64,000 nucleotides of DNA from Bryobacterales bacterium (lineage in GTDB: Bacteria; Acidobacteriota; Terriglobia; Bryobacterales; Bryobacteraceae). Positions 19,675 through 28,611 of this stretch are shown here, in pieces; within the stretch, counting starts at the first letter, position 1; each line of letters starts with the position of its first letter. Location: contig CAWCER010000009.1 in NCBI GenBank assembly GCA_963794595.1, forward strand, positions 328,835 through 392,834, written 5' to 3'. The position numbers and the translations under genes were made by a program. The notes beneath the pieces were generated by a model. The model was given only the letters and a program-made list of their open reading frames with translations. It had not been told where the DNA came from and did no database searches.

Positions 19675-21328
19675 TATGGATTGGCCTCCGGACGCGACAG
19701 GTACGGAGGCTGATCCTGCGAGCGCTCCTTGCGCTGAATCTCGATGCTGGATACCAGCAGAGCCGGCGAAATTGCGGACACCGGCACGTTGCCGGATTCG
19801 GCGCCGCAAATTCCGTTGAACACTTCACTCTTGTCAGACGTCGCCAGGATATTGCCAAAACTGGCCAGCGGCGTGCCGACGATGCTTACTCCGCGAATCA
19901 GCTCATCGGGGCGCCCATCCGGATAAATGCGATACACCACCAGCGGAATCACCGTGAAGGCCTGCAAGCCGCGGCGCGCGGTAGTGGTGTAGCCGCCGGT
20001 GACTTGGTCGAAAAACAGCCCGTAAGGCTTGCCTTGCTTCTTCACCTCTTCAATCAGCATCTGGCGCAATTCTTTGTCGCGAACTTGCTTAGAGGAGTTC
20101 ACGAACAGATTCGACTGCCGGGAAACCACTTCCGCGCCCGGCTGCCGGCGCCCGTGCCCGTTGGAATTCGGAAAACCATCGATCGGCGAGCGCGACATCA
20201 GGAACGTCTTAAGCACGCCGTCTTCGACGACAGGAACGCGGCGGGCCTTCACGCCCTCGTCATCGTATAAATACGAACCGTTGAGCATGGTGCCTTGAAA
20301 CTCGCGCACCGTGGGGTCGAAACCACGGAGAGAAATGGCGGGAGAATCTGCTTGTTCACGCTCTTGGTGAAGGTCTGTCCTTCCGCTTCATCCTTCTGAC
20401 GGTGTCCTTCGATGCGATGGCCGAAAATCTCGTGAAAAAACACGCCCGCGGCGCGGCCCGACAGGATCGCCGGACCGACAAAAGGATCGGACGGAGGAGC
20501 AACCAAAAGATCCTGCAGGTTCTTGCCGGCCTTCTCGACGGCGGCCAGGATCTCGGCGTCCTTGGGTAAATGAGAGGGATCGTCAGTCTGGAAGGTTTCC
20601 AAGGTTTGCAGATCCATCCCGTCGGAGGCCTTGCCGGCGGTGGTGATCACGATGCGGCTGAACAGGCGGCCCTGTTCCACGCGCGTGCCTTCGGTGGTGA
20701 CTAGCGTCTCCATGGTTCGCTCGGTTTGCAGAGAAATGCTGGAATTCAGCGCACCCGGATATTTGGTAAATTCCGCCGAGAGCTTGCGCAGGCGGGCGGC
20801 CCATTCAGCAGCGTTGAATTTGAGCGCGGGCGGCTGCTCGAAGAACACCTGCGGCGTTTCGGTGGAGAAATCGTCGGAGCCGTCGGTGGCCGCCGCGCGC
20901 AGTTTTTCGTCGGCTTGGATCTGGATGAGCCGCTGCGAAGCGCTGCGATAGACGCGGTCCGTGGCGAGCCACACGGCTTGCCGGATCGCCAGCGGGTCAT
21001 CTTCGAGCGCGACGGTAGTGGTGGAAGTAAAGTTGGGAATCTGACCGTTGACGCGGCGGTAATTATCGAACTTCGGCGAACCTACACGCACAGTAACGTC
21101 AAGCAGCCTGACACGGCCCTGATTCTGGCTGGAAATGGCGCCGTCGCTGGCACTCAAGATGTTAGAGTCGCTATCCGTGACCGAGTAGCCCATGAAATAG
21201 GGCGCGGGGTTGCCTTTATCTTTGAGAGCGGCAAAGTTGCGATTCAACTCGCCCGTCAGAATATCGATCAGCGGCGACTGCGCTGAGACACAAGTAGCCG
21301 CCAGGGCCAGCAGTACTGGGATTCGCAC
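19674..21328 (-). pseudogene. secreted TldD-like metallopeptidase (TldD/PmbA family), interrupted by one frameshift
   Basis: Signal peptide MRIPVLLALAATCVSAQ and metal motif HEIFGHRIEGH. ORFs 20249..21328 and 19674..20309 join near 20311 (..PPFLSVVS | DPTVREFQGTMLNGSYLYDDEG). Confidence 0.8.
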
Positions 21329-21456
21329 GCTCTAAGCATATCAAGATCCGCAGGCGGGACTTGTTACTTCGATAGAAGGTAGTATTTTGAGGCACTACCC
21401 TATCGATTGCGCCTGGAAGCGGCGCCTATGTGGCCGCCGCCTGCGGGAGATCGAGC

Positions 21457-22179
21457 TTAGGCCGTTGCCCCGGCCATTCCCCGCTGCTTTAGGCCATTGA
21501 GAGCCAGGCCGTAACGGCCCCGCACGCGAGTTTTTTCGAAAATGTGCTTCAAATGGATCTTGACGGTGCCCGGGCGGATTCCCAGATCGAGTGCGATTTC
21601 CTTGTTTTTGAAACCTTGCTCGACCAGCTCCAGAACCTGCTGCTCGCGGGCGGTTAACTCGCTACGCGGATAGCGCTCGCCGCGCCGGAGCTCACCAAAT
21701 ACCGACTCTTCCATCCAGCTTCGTCCGCTGGCCACGGTTCGCAAACACGCCAGAATGACGGGCATCTCGGCGGTCTTGCGCAGGATGCCACGGGCGCCCG
21801 CTTGTAGGAAGCGCAGCGCCTCGGCCTCGGTGATGGAAGCACCCCAGATCACGATGGCGGTGTTGGCGGTGAGATCGACAGTGCCAGAACGTATCGCCGC
21901 GAGCCATTCGAGAACAACCTGTATCCCGAAAGCTTTGTCCAGCATGAGCACCGAAGGCGCGGAGTCCCGCAAGATATCCCGGGCGCGAGCCAGCGAATCG
22001 GTTCCTTGATCGAAACGCAGGCCAGACATGTCGTTGAGCAAAGTTCGGATGCCCTCCGCAGTCACCGGTTGCGTGTCGCAGACGCTAACCGTTCTTATTT
22101 CAGCCTGTACCCGCTGTTGTGGCGCCCACCCATCCGCTAGAACGGGCGAGTATGGGGTGCTGGTGTCAGTAACATTCAT
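21457..22179 (-). CDS. LuxR/NarL-type response regulator (receiver-like domain + LuxR HTH)
   Basis: C-terminal LTAREQQVLELVEQGFKNKEIALDLGIRPGTVKIHLKHIFEK. In the N-terminal receiver-like fold the usual acidic DD pair reads CD, but the MLD acceptor position and a Lys are retained. Confidence 0.85.
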   Translation of the reverse strand: MNVTDTSTPYSPVLADGWAPQQRVQAEIRTVSVCDTQPVTAEGIRTLLNDMSGLRFDQGTDSLARARDILRDSAPSVLMLDKAFGIQVVLEWLAAIRSGTVDLTANTAIVIWGASITEAEALRFLQAGARGILRKTAEMPVILACLRTVASGRSWMEESVFGELRRGERYPRSELTAREQQVLELVEQGFKNKEIALDLGIRPGTVKIHLKHIFEKTRVRGRYGLALNGLKQRGMAGATA

Positions 22180-22330
22180 AAGCTCTAATTGCCCTCCTTG
22201 GGCTTACCCAAGCGACTTTGACCTCATTGCTTGCCTTCAGCAGCGTACCGATGCTTCCGGCGTAGTCCGCAACGGAGTAAAACCGCCTTCGAAGCCTCAT
22301 CGGCCAGTGGTACCACTTTGTTAGTACATG

Positions 22331-22372
22331 AAATCGACTTGATCTCTCATGCTATGATCGGGTAGTCGATTT
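22331..22372. promoter_or_regulatory. imperfect palindrome in the divergent luxR / cpaE-like intergenic region (candidate operator or 5' leader hairpin)
   Basis: AAATCGACT (22331-22339) is the exact reverse complement of AGTCGATTT (22364-22372). Each arm is flanked internally by GATC. The element ends 38 nt upstream of ATG 22410. Confidence 0.3.
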
Positions 22373-22409
22373 ATTGCATTGAAACCAAAATCAATCCGGT
22401 TCGGTCTCT

Positions 22410-23618
22410 ATGGCGAATTCTGAGACCCCAATTTCCAGGCGCCCATTAGCCATCAGTCCGAACGCTCCTCTGTTAGATCAGTTGGAACGGTTCCTCGCGC
22501 CGCACATGGGAGGAGCCTCCCTCAATCGGTTGCAAGCCTATCCATCTCCAAGAGATCTTCCCAATCTGTTACCCGCCGGAAGTCCTCACCTGGTGTTTCT
22601 GGACACCGCCAGTGACCGTGACCAAGCCGTCCAGTTATTGGAGGAAATCGGGCGCACCGGAACCCACATTCAAGTGATTGCGTTGCTCGCGAGCAACGAA
22701 CCGGACTTCATTTTGCGATGCCTGCGCGCCGGGGCCTCGGATTTCCTGATCCTTCCCTTGACCACCGAGCAGGTCGATGCGGCGTTCGGAAAGCTCGCGC
22801 GCGCTCAGCCGGCCCAGGAGACTTCGGGAAAGGAATCGGCGAAAACCGTCGCCGTCATGCCCGCAAAGGGCGCCTGCGGAGCCACCACGGTGGCTTGCAA
22901 CCTGGCCTTTCAATGGAAGCGCATCAGCGGCAAAAAGATTCTGCTAGTGGATATGGACCCGCTTACCGGGAATCTTTCCTTTCTGCTCAAGGTAAAATCG
23001 GTCTACAGTTTTCTAGATGTGCTGCAGCGTTCCAACGAATTGGACGCGGACCTGTGGGGCGCCATGGTTCGTCCGGTGCACGGCGTGGATGTGCTGCTCG
23101 CTCCCGAGTTGATGCTGGATCAGAATCAAGATTTGCGGGACCCATCGCCCATCCTCGAATATGCGCGTCACGCCTACGATGTGGTGATTCTCGACACCAG
23201 CAGCGTGTATACGGAATGGAATTTGAACTGCGCCCGGGCGGCAAATGAGCTGCTGCTGGTCACTACCAACGAGCTACCGGCGCTGCAAGCGGCCCAGCGC
23301 GCGCTTTCCTACCTCGACACCAACCGGATCGGACGCTGGAAAATCCGCCTGGTCGTGAACCGGTATTTGCGGGATGTGGGACTAAGCCGCGAAGTGATCG
23401 GCACGGCGCTCCACACCGAAGTATTCGACACCCTGCCTAGCGACTACGAGGCGGTCCAACGGGCGTTGCTGGATGGCAAAGCTATTCCCGCCAGCACCCC
23501 TTTCGGCAAAGGCATCACTCAGATGGTGGAGCGGCTGGGTGGCAAGACCGAGCCCGTCAATAAAAAAGGTTCGTCGCTTTCCGGCTTGCTAGGGTTGTTT
23601 TCCAAGACTTCCAAGTAG
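22410..23618 (+). CDS. CpaE/TadZ-like protein: receiver-like N-domain + MinD/ParA-type ATPase fold with atypical Walker A
   Basis: Walker-A position reads AKGACGATTVACNLA (22866-22889). This matches the CpaE/TadZ style KGGxGA(S/T)T, in which the second Lys of KGGxGK(T/S) is missing. It is followed by LLVDMD and VVILDT blocks. No other tad/cpa genes are in the window. Confidence 0.7.
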   Translation: MANSETPISRRPLAISPNAPLLDQLERFLAPHMGGASLNRLQAYPSPRDLPNLLPAGSPHLVFLDTASDRDQAVQLLEEIGRTGTHIQVIALLASNEPDFILRCLRAGASDFLILPLTTEQVDAAFGKLARAQPAQETSGKESAKTVAVMPAKGACGATTVACNLAFQWKRISGKKILLVDMDPLTGNLSFLLKVKSVYSFLDVLQRSNELDADLWGAMVRPVHGVDVLLAPELMLDQNQDLRDPSPILEYARHAYDVVILDTSSVYTEWNLNCARAANELLLVTTNELPALQAAQRALSYLDTNRIGRWKIRLVVNRYLRDVGLSREVIGTALHTEVFDTLPSDYEAVQRALLDGKAIPASTPFGKGITQMVERLGGKTEPVNKKGSSLSGLLGLFSKTSK

Positions 23619-23623
23619 ACGGC

Positions 23624-24622
23624 ATGCGCTTCCCTCTGGCGGACATTTTTTTGCCGCAAGATCAGTTGCCGCAAGGTCAATTACAGCAACGAAGGTCCCG
23701 GCCGGCGGGATTGTCCATTCTCGAAAACGCTCCGCTGGCCCGCTGTACCCGCTTCGAGGTCGGCGGCCCGGCGCGCATTCTGGCGGACGCCGCAAACGAA
23801 GCTGCGCTGACCGAGGTCCTCAGCGCGATTGAAGAGAGCGGCGAGCAGTTCGCCATCATTGGAGGCGGCACCAACCTGGTGGCCGGCGACCAAGGTTATC
23901 CCGGAGTGGTGGTGCGCTACACCAACGCCACGCTCGAATTCGCGGGCGATACCGTGAAGGCCGCCGCTGGCGCGGTATTGCAGGACCTGGTGGACGCTTC
24001 CGTTGCTCGCGGCTTAAAAGGGCTGGAGACCATGACTGGAATTCCCGGCTGGGTGGGTGGCGCCGTGTACGGCAACGCGGGAGCTTATGGGCACTCGATT
24101 CAAGAGCGGGTGGCCGGCGTGCGTTATCTCGAAGGAGGCTGCGTGCGCGAAATCTCGAATGCCGAATGCGAGTTCGCGTATCGCGAAAGCCGTTTCAAGC
24201 GGCGTAAGGATTGGGTGATCCTGTCGGTTACGCTGCACCTCGAATCCGCGGACGCGGAGGAGTTGCGCACTACCGCCAACGGAATCCTAAAGATCCGCAA
24301 CGAGAAATATCCGCCGACGATGCGCTGTGCCGGCAGCATCTTCAAGAACCTTTTATGGTGCGATCTGCCGGAAGCGGTCCGTGCGCTGGTCCCTGCGGCG
24401 GTAGTCCGCGAAGGCAAGGTCCCGTCGGCATATTTCCTGGAACAGGCGGGCGCCAAGGGCCTACGGCGCGGTAGAGTATGCGTGGCGGACTATCACGCGA
24501 ACCTTATTTACAACGAAGGCGGGGGAACGGCTGAGGAAGTGGGCGAACTGATCTCCGAACTGAAGCGCCGCGTGAATGACCGGTTTGGCCTGGGTCTCGA
24601 AGAAGAAGTGCAGTTCCTGTAG
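23624..24622 (+). CDS. murB: UDP-N-acetylenolpyruvoylglucosamine reductase
   Basis: TRFEVGGPARILADA...AIIGGGTNLVAGDQGYPGVVV...TGIPGWVGGAVYGNAGAYG...GSIFKN, typical MurB blocks. Confidence 0.9.
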   Translation: MRFPLADIFLPQDQLPQGQLQQRRSRPAGLSILENAPLARCTRFEVGGPARILADAANEAALTEVLSAIEESGEQFAIIGGGTNLVAGDQGYPGVVVRYTNATLEFAGDTVKAAAGAVLQDLVDASVARGLKGLETMTGIPGWVGGAVYGNAGAYGHSIQERVAGVRYLEGGCVREISNAECEFAYRESRFKRRKDWVILSVTLHLESADAEELRTTANGILKIRNEKYPPTMRCAGSIFKNLLWCDLPEAVRALVPAAVVREGKVPSAYFLEQAGAKGLRRGRVCVADYHANLIYNEGGGTAEEVGELISELKRRVNDRFGLGLEEEVQFL

Positions 24623-24856
24623 TTTAGGGCCTCGCCGCGGCGCGGCTCTCCGGCGTGCAGCGTTAACGGGCGTATCCTATTTGAATATCGATAATCTGTC
24701 GAAACTAAATGTGCCGCCCAAGTCGGCCTTAGAAGCCACAGGCGGGCGCGCTGGGCGGCGCCAACCCACCAAGCCGGTGATTGGCAGCGTAGCAGGCTTC
24801 TACGTTTCAGATGAGTGTCGGAGGGAATAGTGGTGAACGCCGTCTCTAGCGCCAAA

Positions 24857-27712
24857 ATGAACGCTAACCCGATCATCAGAAAAGTTGCGCCTTTTAAACT
24901 GGCTTCATGGATGCTGGCCGCCGGCTGGTTGCTGGCCGGCTGGATGGCGACGCCACGGCTCGCGGCGCAAGAACTAAGAGGGGGCTCGGTATCTGGCGAC
25001 AATGAGGGGCCGAGCGTGGGCGCGAATAACGCCATTGGCGTGGGGTTCACCACCGGAAACCAGATCAATTACAACGGTGGACCGATTCTGCTGGGGACAA
25101 CCCATATCTATTTCATCTGGTACGGGAGCTGGGACGGCAGCTCGATCGGTATTCTGAGTAATCTCGCCAGCCACATTGGCGGCTCGCAGTACTTTAACAT
25201 CAACACCGGATATTTTGACGGCACAGGGGCCAGCGTGTCGAACTCGGTGAGCTTCGCCGGCAGCACTAATGACCCCTACTCGCAGGGCCACAATTTAACC
25301 GACACCAGCATTTGGCTGGTGGTCGCGAACGCCTTGAACCAACACAATCTGCCTATCGATTCGAACGGCGTCTACTATGTCCTGACGTCGGGGGATGTGC
25401 ACGTCTCCGGATTTGGAAGCTCGTTCTGCGGATGGCACTCCCAACAAAGCTACAACAACACCAATATCCAGTACGCTTTCGTGGGAAACCCGGACCCAGC
25501 CGAGCTAAACGGGTGCGCCGAGCAGATCGTCAGTCCCAACGCGAATACCGGCGCGGACGCCATGGCCAACATTATCACGCACGAATTAGAGGAATCGGTT
25601 ACGGACCCTGGCCTGAATGCCTGGTATGACTCAAGTGGAAATGAGATTGCAGATAAGTGTGCGTGGACTTTTGGAACGACCTACCCTGCCGCCGGAAATT
25701 CAAAGGCCAACATGAATCTCGGCGGGATGGATTACCTGATCCAACAGGACTGGGTAAATTCAAGTGGCGGTTTTTGCGCCCTATCGGCTTCCTACGGGCC
25801 CGACTTCGCATTAATGGCGACGGTGGGATCACAGACAGTTAGCCAGGGAGGCCTGACCGGCAGCTACCAAGTCTCCGTGATCGACGTAAGAGGCTTCTCG
25901 TCGAGCATCGGTTTCGGCGTTAGCGGGCTGCCTGCGGGCGCCACCATCAGCGCGATACCGGCATCGCCGAGTGGCGCCAGCTTCACTGTCTCGGCGGGCA
26001 CCGCAGGTCCGGGCACCTATTCGTTGACCGTTAGCGGGACCGCCGGCTCGCTCGCGCACTCAGCTCCGGCCACCCTGGTGATCACAGGACAGACACTGGC
26101 GCCGGACACGCTCACGATCGGAGCCATCAACCCGGAGCCCAGTCACTTGGGGCAATCGTATTCCGTGAGTTATTCAGTCACCTCCTCTAACGGGACACCG
26201 ACCGGCAACGTAACGGTCACGGATGGCTCAGCTACTTGCACGGGGACGGTAACTGCCGGGAGCTGTAGTCTGGCCTCTACTACGCCAGGGCCCAAGACCA
26301 TTACGGTCGCCTATGCGGGCGACAGCCATTTCGCTCCTCGAACCGCAACCACGACACACGTGGTGACAAACGGGGGAGCACTCACGCACCTCACCTCCGG
26401 CGGCGGCTGGGAGACCAGCTTCGCGGTAGTGAATCTGGGGCCAGCCTCTGCTGCGATGTCGCTAAACTTCTTTGGAGATTCCGGAAGCCCGCTGAATTTG
26501 CCGCTTACGTTCCCGCAGGGCGCCCTGGCGCCCGTAAGCGTGCCTTCGGTAAACCAGACGATGGGCTCGAACGCAATGCTGTTGCTGGATACGAACGCGC
26601 CGGATTCGGTTCCGCTCAGCGAAGGATGGGCCAATCTGACCAGCAGCGGCGACATAAATGCGTACGAAATCTTCCACTACGGCCCCAGCGGACAGGAAGC
26701 GGTGGTGCCGCTGCAGTCCGCGGTCAGCCCGTCGTATCTAATGATCTACGACAATACCAGCCTGGTGAATACGCTGGGGACCGGTGTGGCGATCGCAAAC
26801 GGCTCGAATCAAGCCGCGAGCGTTCCTTTCGTAATCAGCGACGATGCCGGCGAGCAGATTGCCAGCGGATCGGTTTCGGTACCGGCGCTGGGCCACACCG
26901 CTTTCACGTTGGCCGATCAGTATCCGGCGACCGCCGGCAAACGGGGCACCTTGCAGTTCACTACGCCGCCGCAGGGGCAGATCGGCGTTCTAGGACTTCG
27001 CTCCAACGGCAATTCGTTCACCACGATTCCGGTGTCGACCTCGGCCGCGGCATCCAGCGGCGACATGGCGCACATCGCGTCGGGAGGAGGATGGCGGACG
27101 GTCATCTATGTGTCGAATACGACGGGAAAAACTTCAACCATCACCCTGAGCTTCTTCGATGACGCCGGCAATCCGCTCCAATTGCCCCTGACGTTTCTGC
27201 AAACGGGGGTGACGTCAACGGCCGCGACGGTTACCAGGACGCTGGCGAATGGCGCGTCGCTGGTGATCCAGGCGCAGGGGCTGGATGCGCAGGTGGCCCT
27301 CGGTTCGGCGCAACTGACCAGCGACTTCGGAGCGAACGCTTTCGCGCTGTTCCGCTACGATCCCAGTGGGCAGGAGGCGACGGTGCCGTTTGAAACTCGC
27401 AACGCCGGCGACTATGTGCTGGCTTTCGACAACACGGCGCCGCTGGCTACCGGAGTGGCGATCGCGAATCTTTCGAGCCAGGCTGCGAATGTCGGAATGA
27501 CTCTGCGCGACGACGCTGGGAATACGCTGCAGACCGCTACGATAGCGGTGCCTGCCAACGGGCATTACGCCTTTGTGCTGGGAACCGTTTATCCGCTGGC
27601 CGGGGGCAGGCGCGGCACGGTCGAGTTCAGTTCAGCCGGCGCCAAGATCAGCGTGCTGGGGATACGAGCGAATGGAAATGCGTTTACGTCGATTCCGGTC
27701 CTGACAAGATAA
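24857..27712 (+). CDS. large secreted multidomain protein: EXORDIUM/PHI-1-like domain, two Ig-like domains, two copies of an uncharacterised ~215-aa module
   Basis: Intact ORF (965 aa from GTG 24815). ATG 24857 gives the signal peptide MNANPIIRKVAPFKLASWMLAAGWLLAGWMATPRLAAQE. Domain evidence is in the findings. Confidence 0.8.
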   Translation: MNANPIIRKVAPFKLASWMLAAGWLLAGWMATPRLAAQELRGGSVSGDNEGPSVGANNAIGVGFTTGNQINYNGGPILLGTTHIYFIWYGSWDGSSIGILSNLASHIGGSQYFNINTGYFDGTGASVSNSVSFAGSTNDPYSQGHNLTDTSIWLVVANALNQHNLPIDSNGVYYVLTSGDVHVSGFGSSFCGWHSQQSYNNTNIQYAFVGNPDPAELNGCAEQIVSPNANTGADAMANIITHELEESVTDPGLNAWYDSSGNEIADKCAWTFGTTYPAAGNSKANMNLGGMDYLIQQDWVNSSGGFCALSASYGPDFALMATVGSQTVSQGGLTGSYQVSVIDVRGFSSSIGFGVSGLPAGATISAIPASPSGASFTVSAGTAGPGTYSLTVSGTAGSLAHSAPATLVITGQTLAPDTLTIGAINPEPSHLGQSYSVSYSVTSSNGTPTGNVTVTDGSATCTGTVTAGSCSLASTTPGPKTITVAYAGDSHFAPRTATTTHVVTNGGALTHLTSGGGWETSFAVVNLGPASAAMSLNFFGDSGSPLNLPLTFPQGALAPVSVPSVNQTMGSNAMLLLDTNAPDSVPLSEGWANLTSSGDINAYEIFHYGPSGQEAVVPLQSAVSPSYLMIYDNTSLVNTLGTGVAIANGSNQAASVPFVISDDAGEQIASGSVSVPALGHTAFTLADQYPATAGKRGTLQFTTPPQGQIGVLGLRSNGNSFTTIPVSTSAAASSGDMAHIASGGGWRTVIYVSNTTGKTSTITLSFFDDAGNPLQLPLTFLQTGVTSTAATVTRTLANGASLVIQAQGLDAQVALGSAQLTSDFGANAFALFRYDPSGQEATVPFETRNAGDYVLAFDNTAPLATGVAIANLSSQAANVGMTLRDDAGNTLQTATIAVPANGHYAFVLGTVYPLAGGRRGTVEFSSAGAKISVLGIRANGNAFTSIPVLTR
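26384..27709 (+). repeat. protein-level tandem duplication (module 1: 26384..27037, module 2: 27065..27709)
   Basis: HLTSGGGWETSFAVVN..LNFFGDSGSPLNLPLTF...GVAIANGSNQAASV...DDAGEQ...PALGHTAFTL...GKRGTLQFT..IGVLGLRSNGNSFTTIPV. Compare HIASGGGWRTVIYVSN..LSFFDDAGNPLQLPLTF...GVAIANLSSQAANV...DDAGNT...PANGHYAFVL...GRRGTVEFS..ISVLGIRANGNAFTSIPV. Confidence 0.8.
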
Positions 27713-27735
27713 AGGAAATGCGTCCTATCCCATGA

Positions 27736-28611
27736 CTACCCCGCAACCGCTTCTTCGGCGTGGTAGGAACTACGGACCAGCGGACCGCTTTCGACGTGCT
27801 TGAAGCCTAGCTCGTAACCCAGGCGCTTGAGGTCGGCGAATTCTTCGACGCGCACGTAGCGGATGATGGGCAGGTGCTTGAGCGAGGGGCGCAGGTATTG
27901 GCCCAGCGTGAGAATGTCTACGTTGCTCTGGCGCAGGTCGCGCATCACCTGATGCACTTCTTCGAGCGTCTCTCCAAGGCCCAGCATTAAACCGGACTTC
28001 GCGGGGATGTCGGGCCGCTGCCGCTTCACATACGCCAGTATGTCGAGCGAGCGTTCATAGCGCGCGCCCAAACGCACCTGGCGATAGAGGCGCGGCACGG
28101 TTTCGGTATTGTGATTCAGCACGTCGGGCGAGGCTTCGAGCACCAGGTCCATGGCGGCGTGGGAGCCCTGGAAATCGGGAGTCAGCACTTCGATGCCGCA
28201 TTCGGGCAGGCGCGCGCGGATGGCCTTGATGGTGAGCGCGAAGAGCTCGGCTCCGCCATCCTTGCGGTCGTCGCGATTGACGCTGGTGATGACGGCGAAC
28301 TTGAGTCCCAGAACAGCGCACGCTTCTGCCACGCGGCGCGGCTCGTCGTAATCGACCGGCAGCGGGCCGCCCTTCTGCACGGCGCAGAAACCGCAGCGGC
28401 GCGTGCACACGTTGCCCAGGATCATGAAGGTGGCGGTCCGGCGGTTCCAGCAATCGCCGATGTTGGGGCAGGCGGCGCTTTCGCACACGGTGTGGAGGTC
28501 CAGCTTCTGCACCAGCTTCTTGAGGTTGTGATAGTTTTCGCCGACGGGCGCGGGCGCACGCAGCCAGACGGGTCGCGGAGCGCGGGGTTGGGGATCAATG
28601 CTAACGAGCAC
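27736..28611 (-). CDS. lipA: lipoyl synthase
   Basis: CESAACPNIGDCW and radical-SAM CTRRCGFCAV motifs; 291 aa. The GTG start overlaps the upstream stop. Confidence 0.95.
   Translation of the reverse strand: MLVSIDPQPRAPRPVWLRAPAPVGENYHNLKKLVQKLDLHTVCESAACPNIGDCWNRRTATFMILGNVCTRRCGFCAVQKGGPLPVDYDEPRRVAEACAVLGLKFAVITSVNRDDRKDGGAELFALTIKAIRARLPECGIEVLTPDFQGSHAAMDLVLEASPDVLNHNTETVPRLYRQVRLGARYERSLDILAYVKRQRPDIPAKSGLMLGLGETLEEVHQVMRDLRQSNVDILTLGQYLRPSLKHLPIIRYVRVEEFADLKRLGYELGFKHVESGPLVRSSYHAEEAVAG

Noticed and set aside
1730-21328. Programmed ribosomal frameshifting or recoding as an explanation for the interrupted genes
   Set aside because: There are too many events in unrelated genes, both +1 and -1 corrections are needed, and I saw no shared slippery heptamer or downstream structure at the junctions. 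None of these families is known to use recoding.
21370-21405. Hairpin cgatagaaggtagt-N10-actaccctatcg between the luxR-type gene and the tldD-like gene, considered as an intrinsic terminator
   Set aside because: There is no U-tract on either strand and the stem is bulged. It is insufficient to call a terminator or regulatory site.
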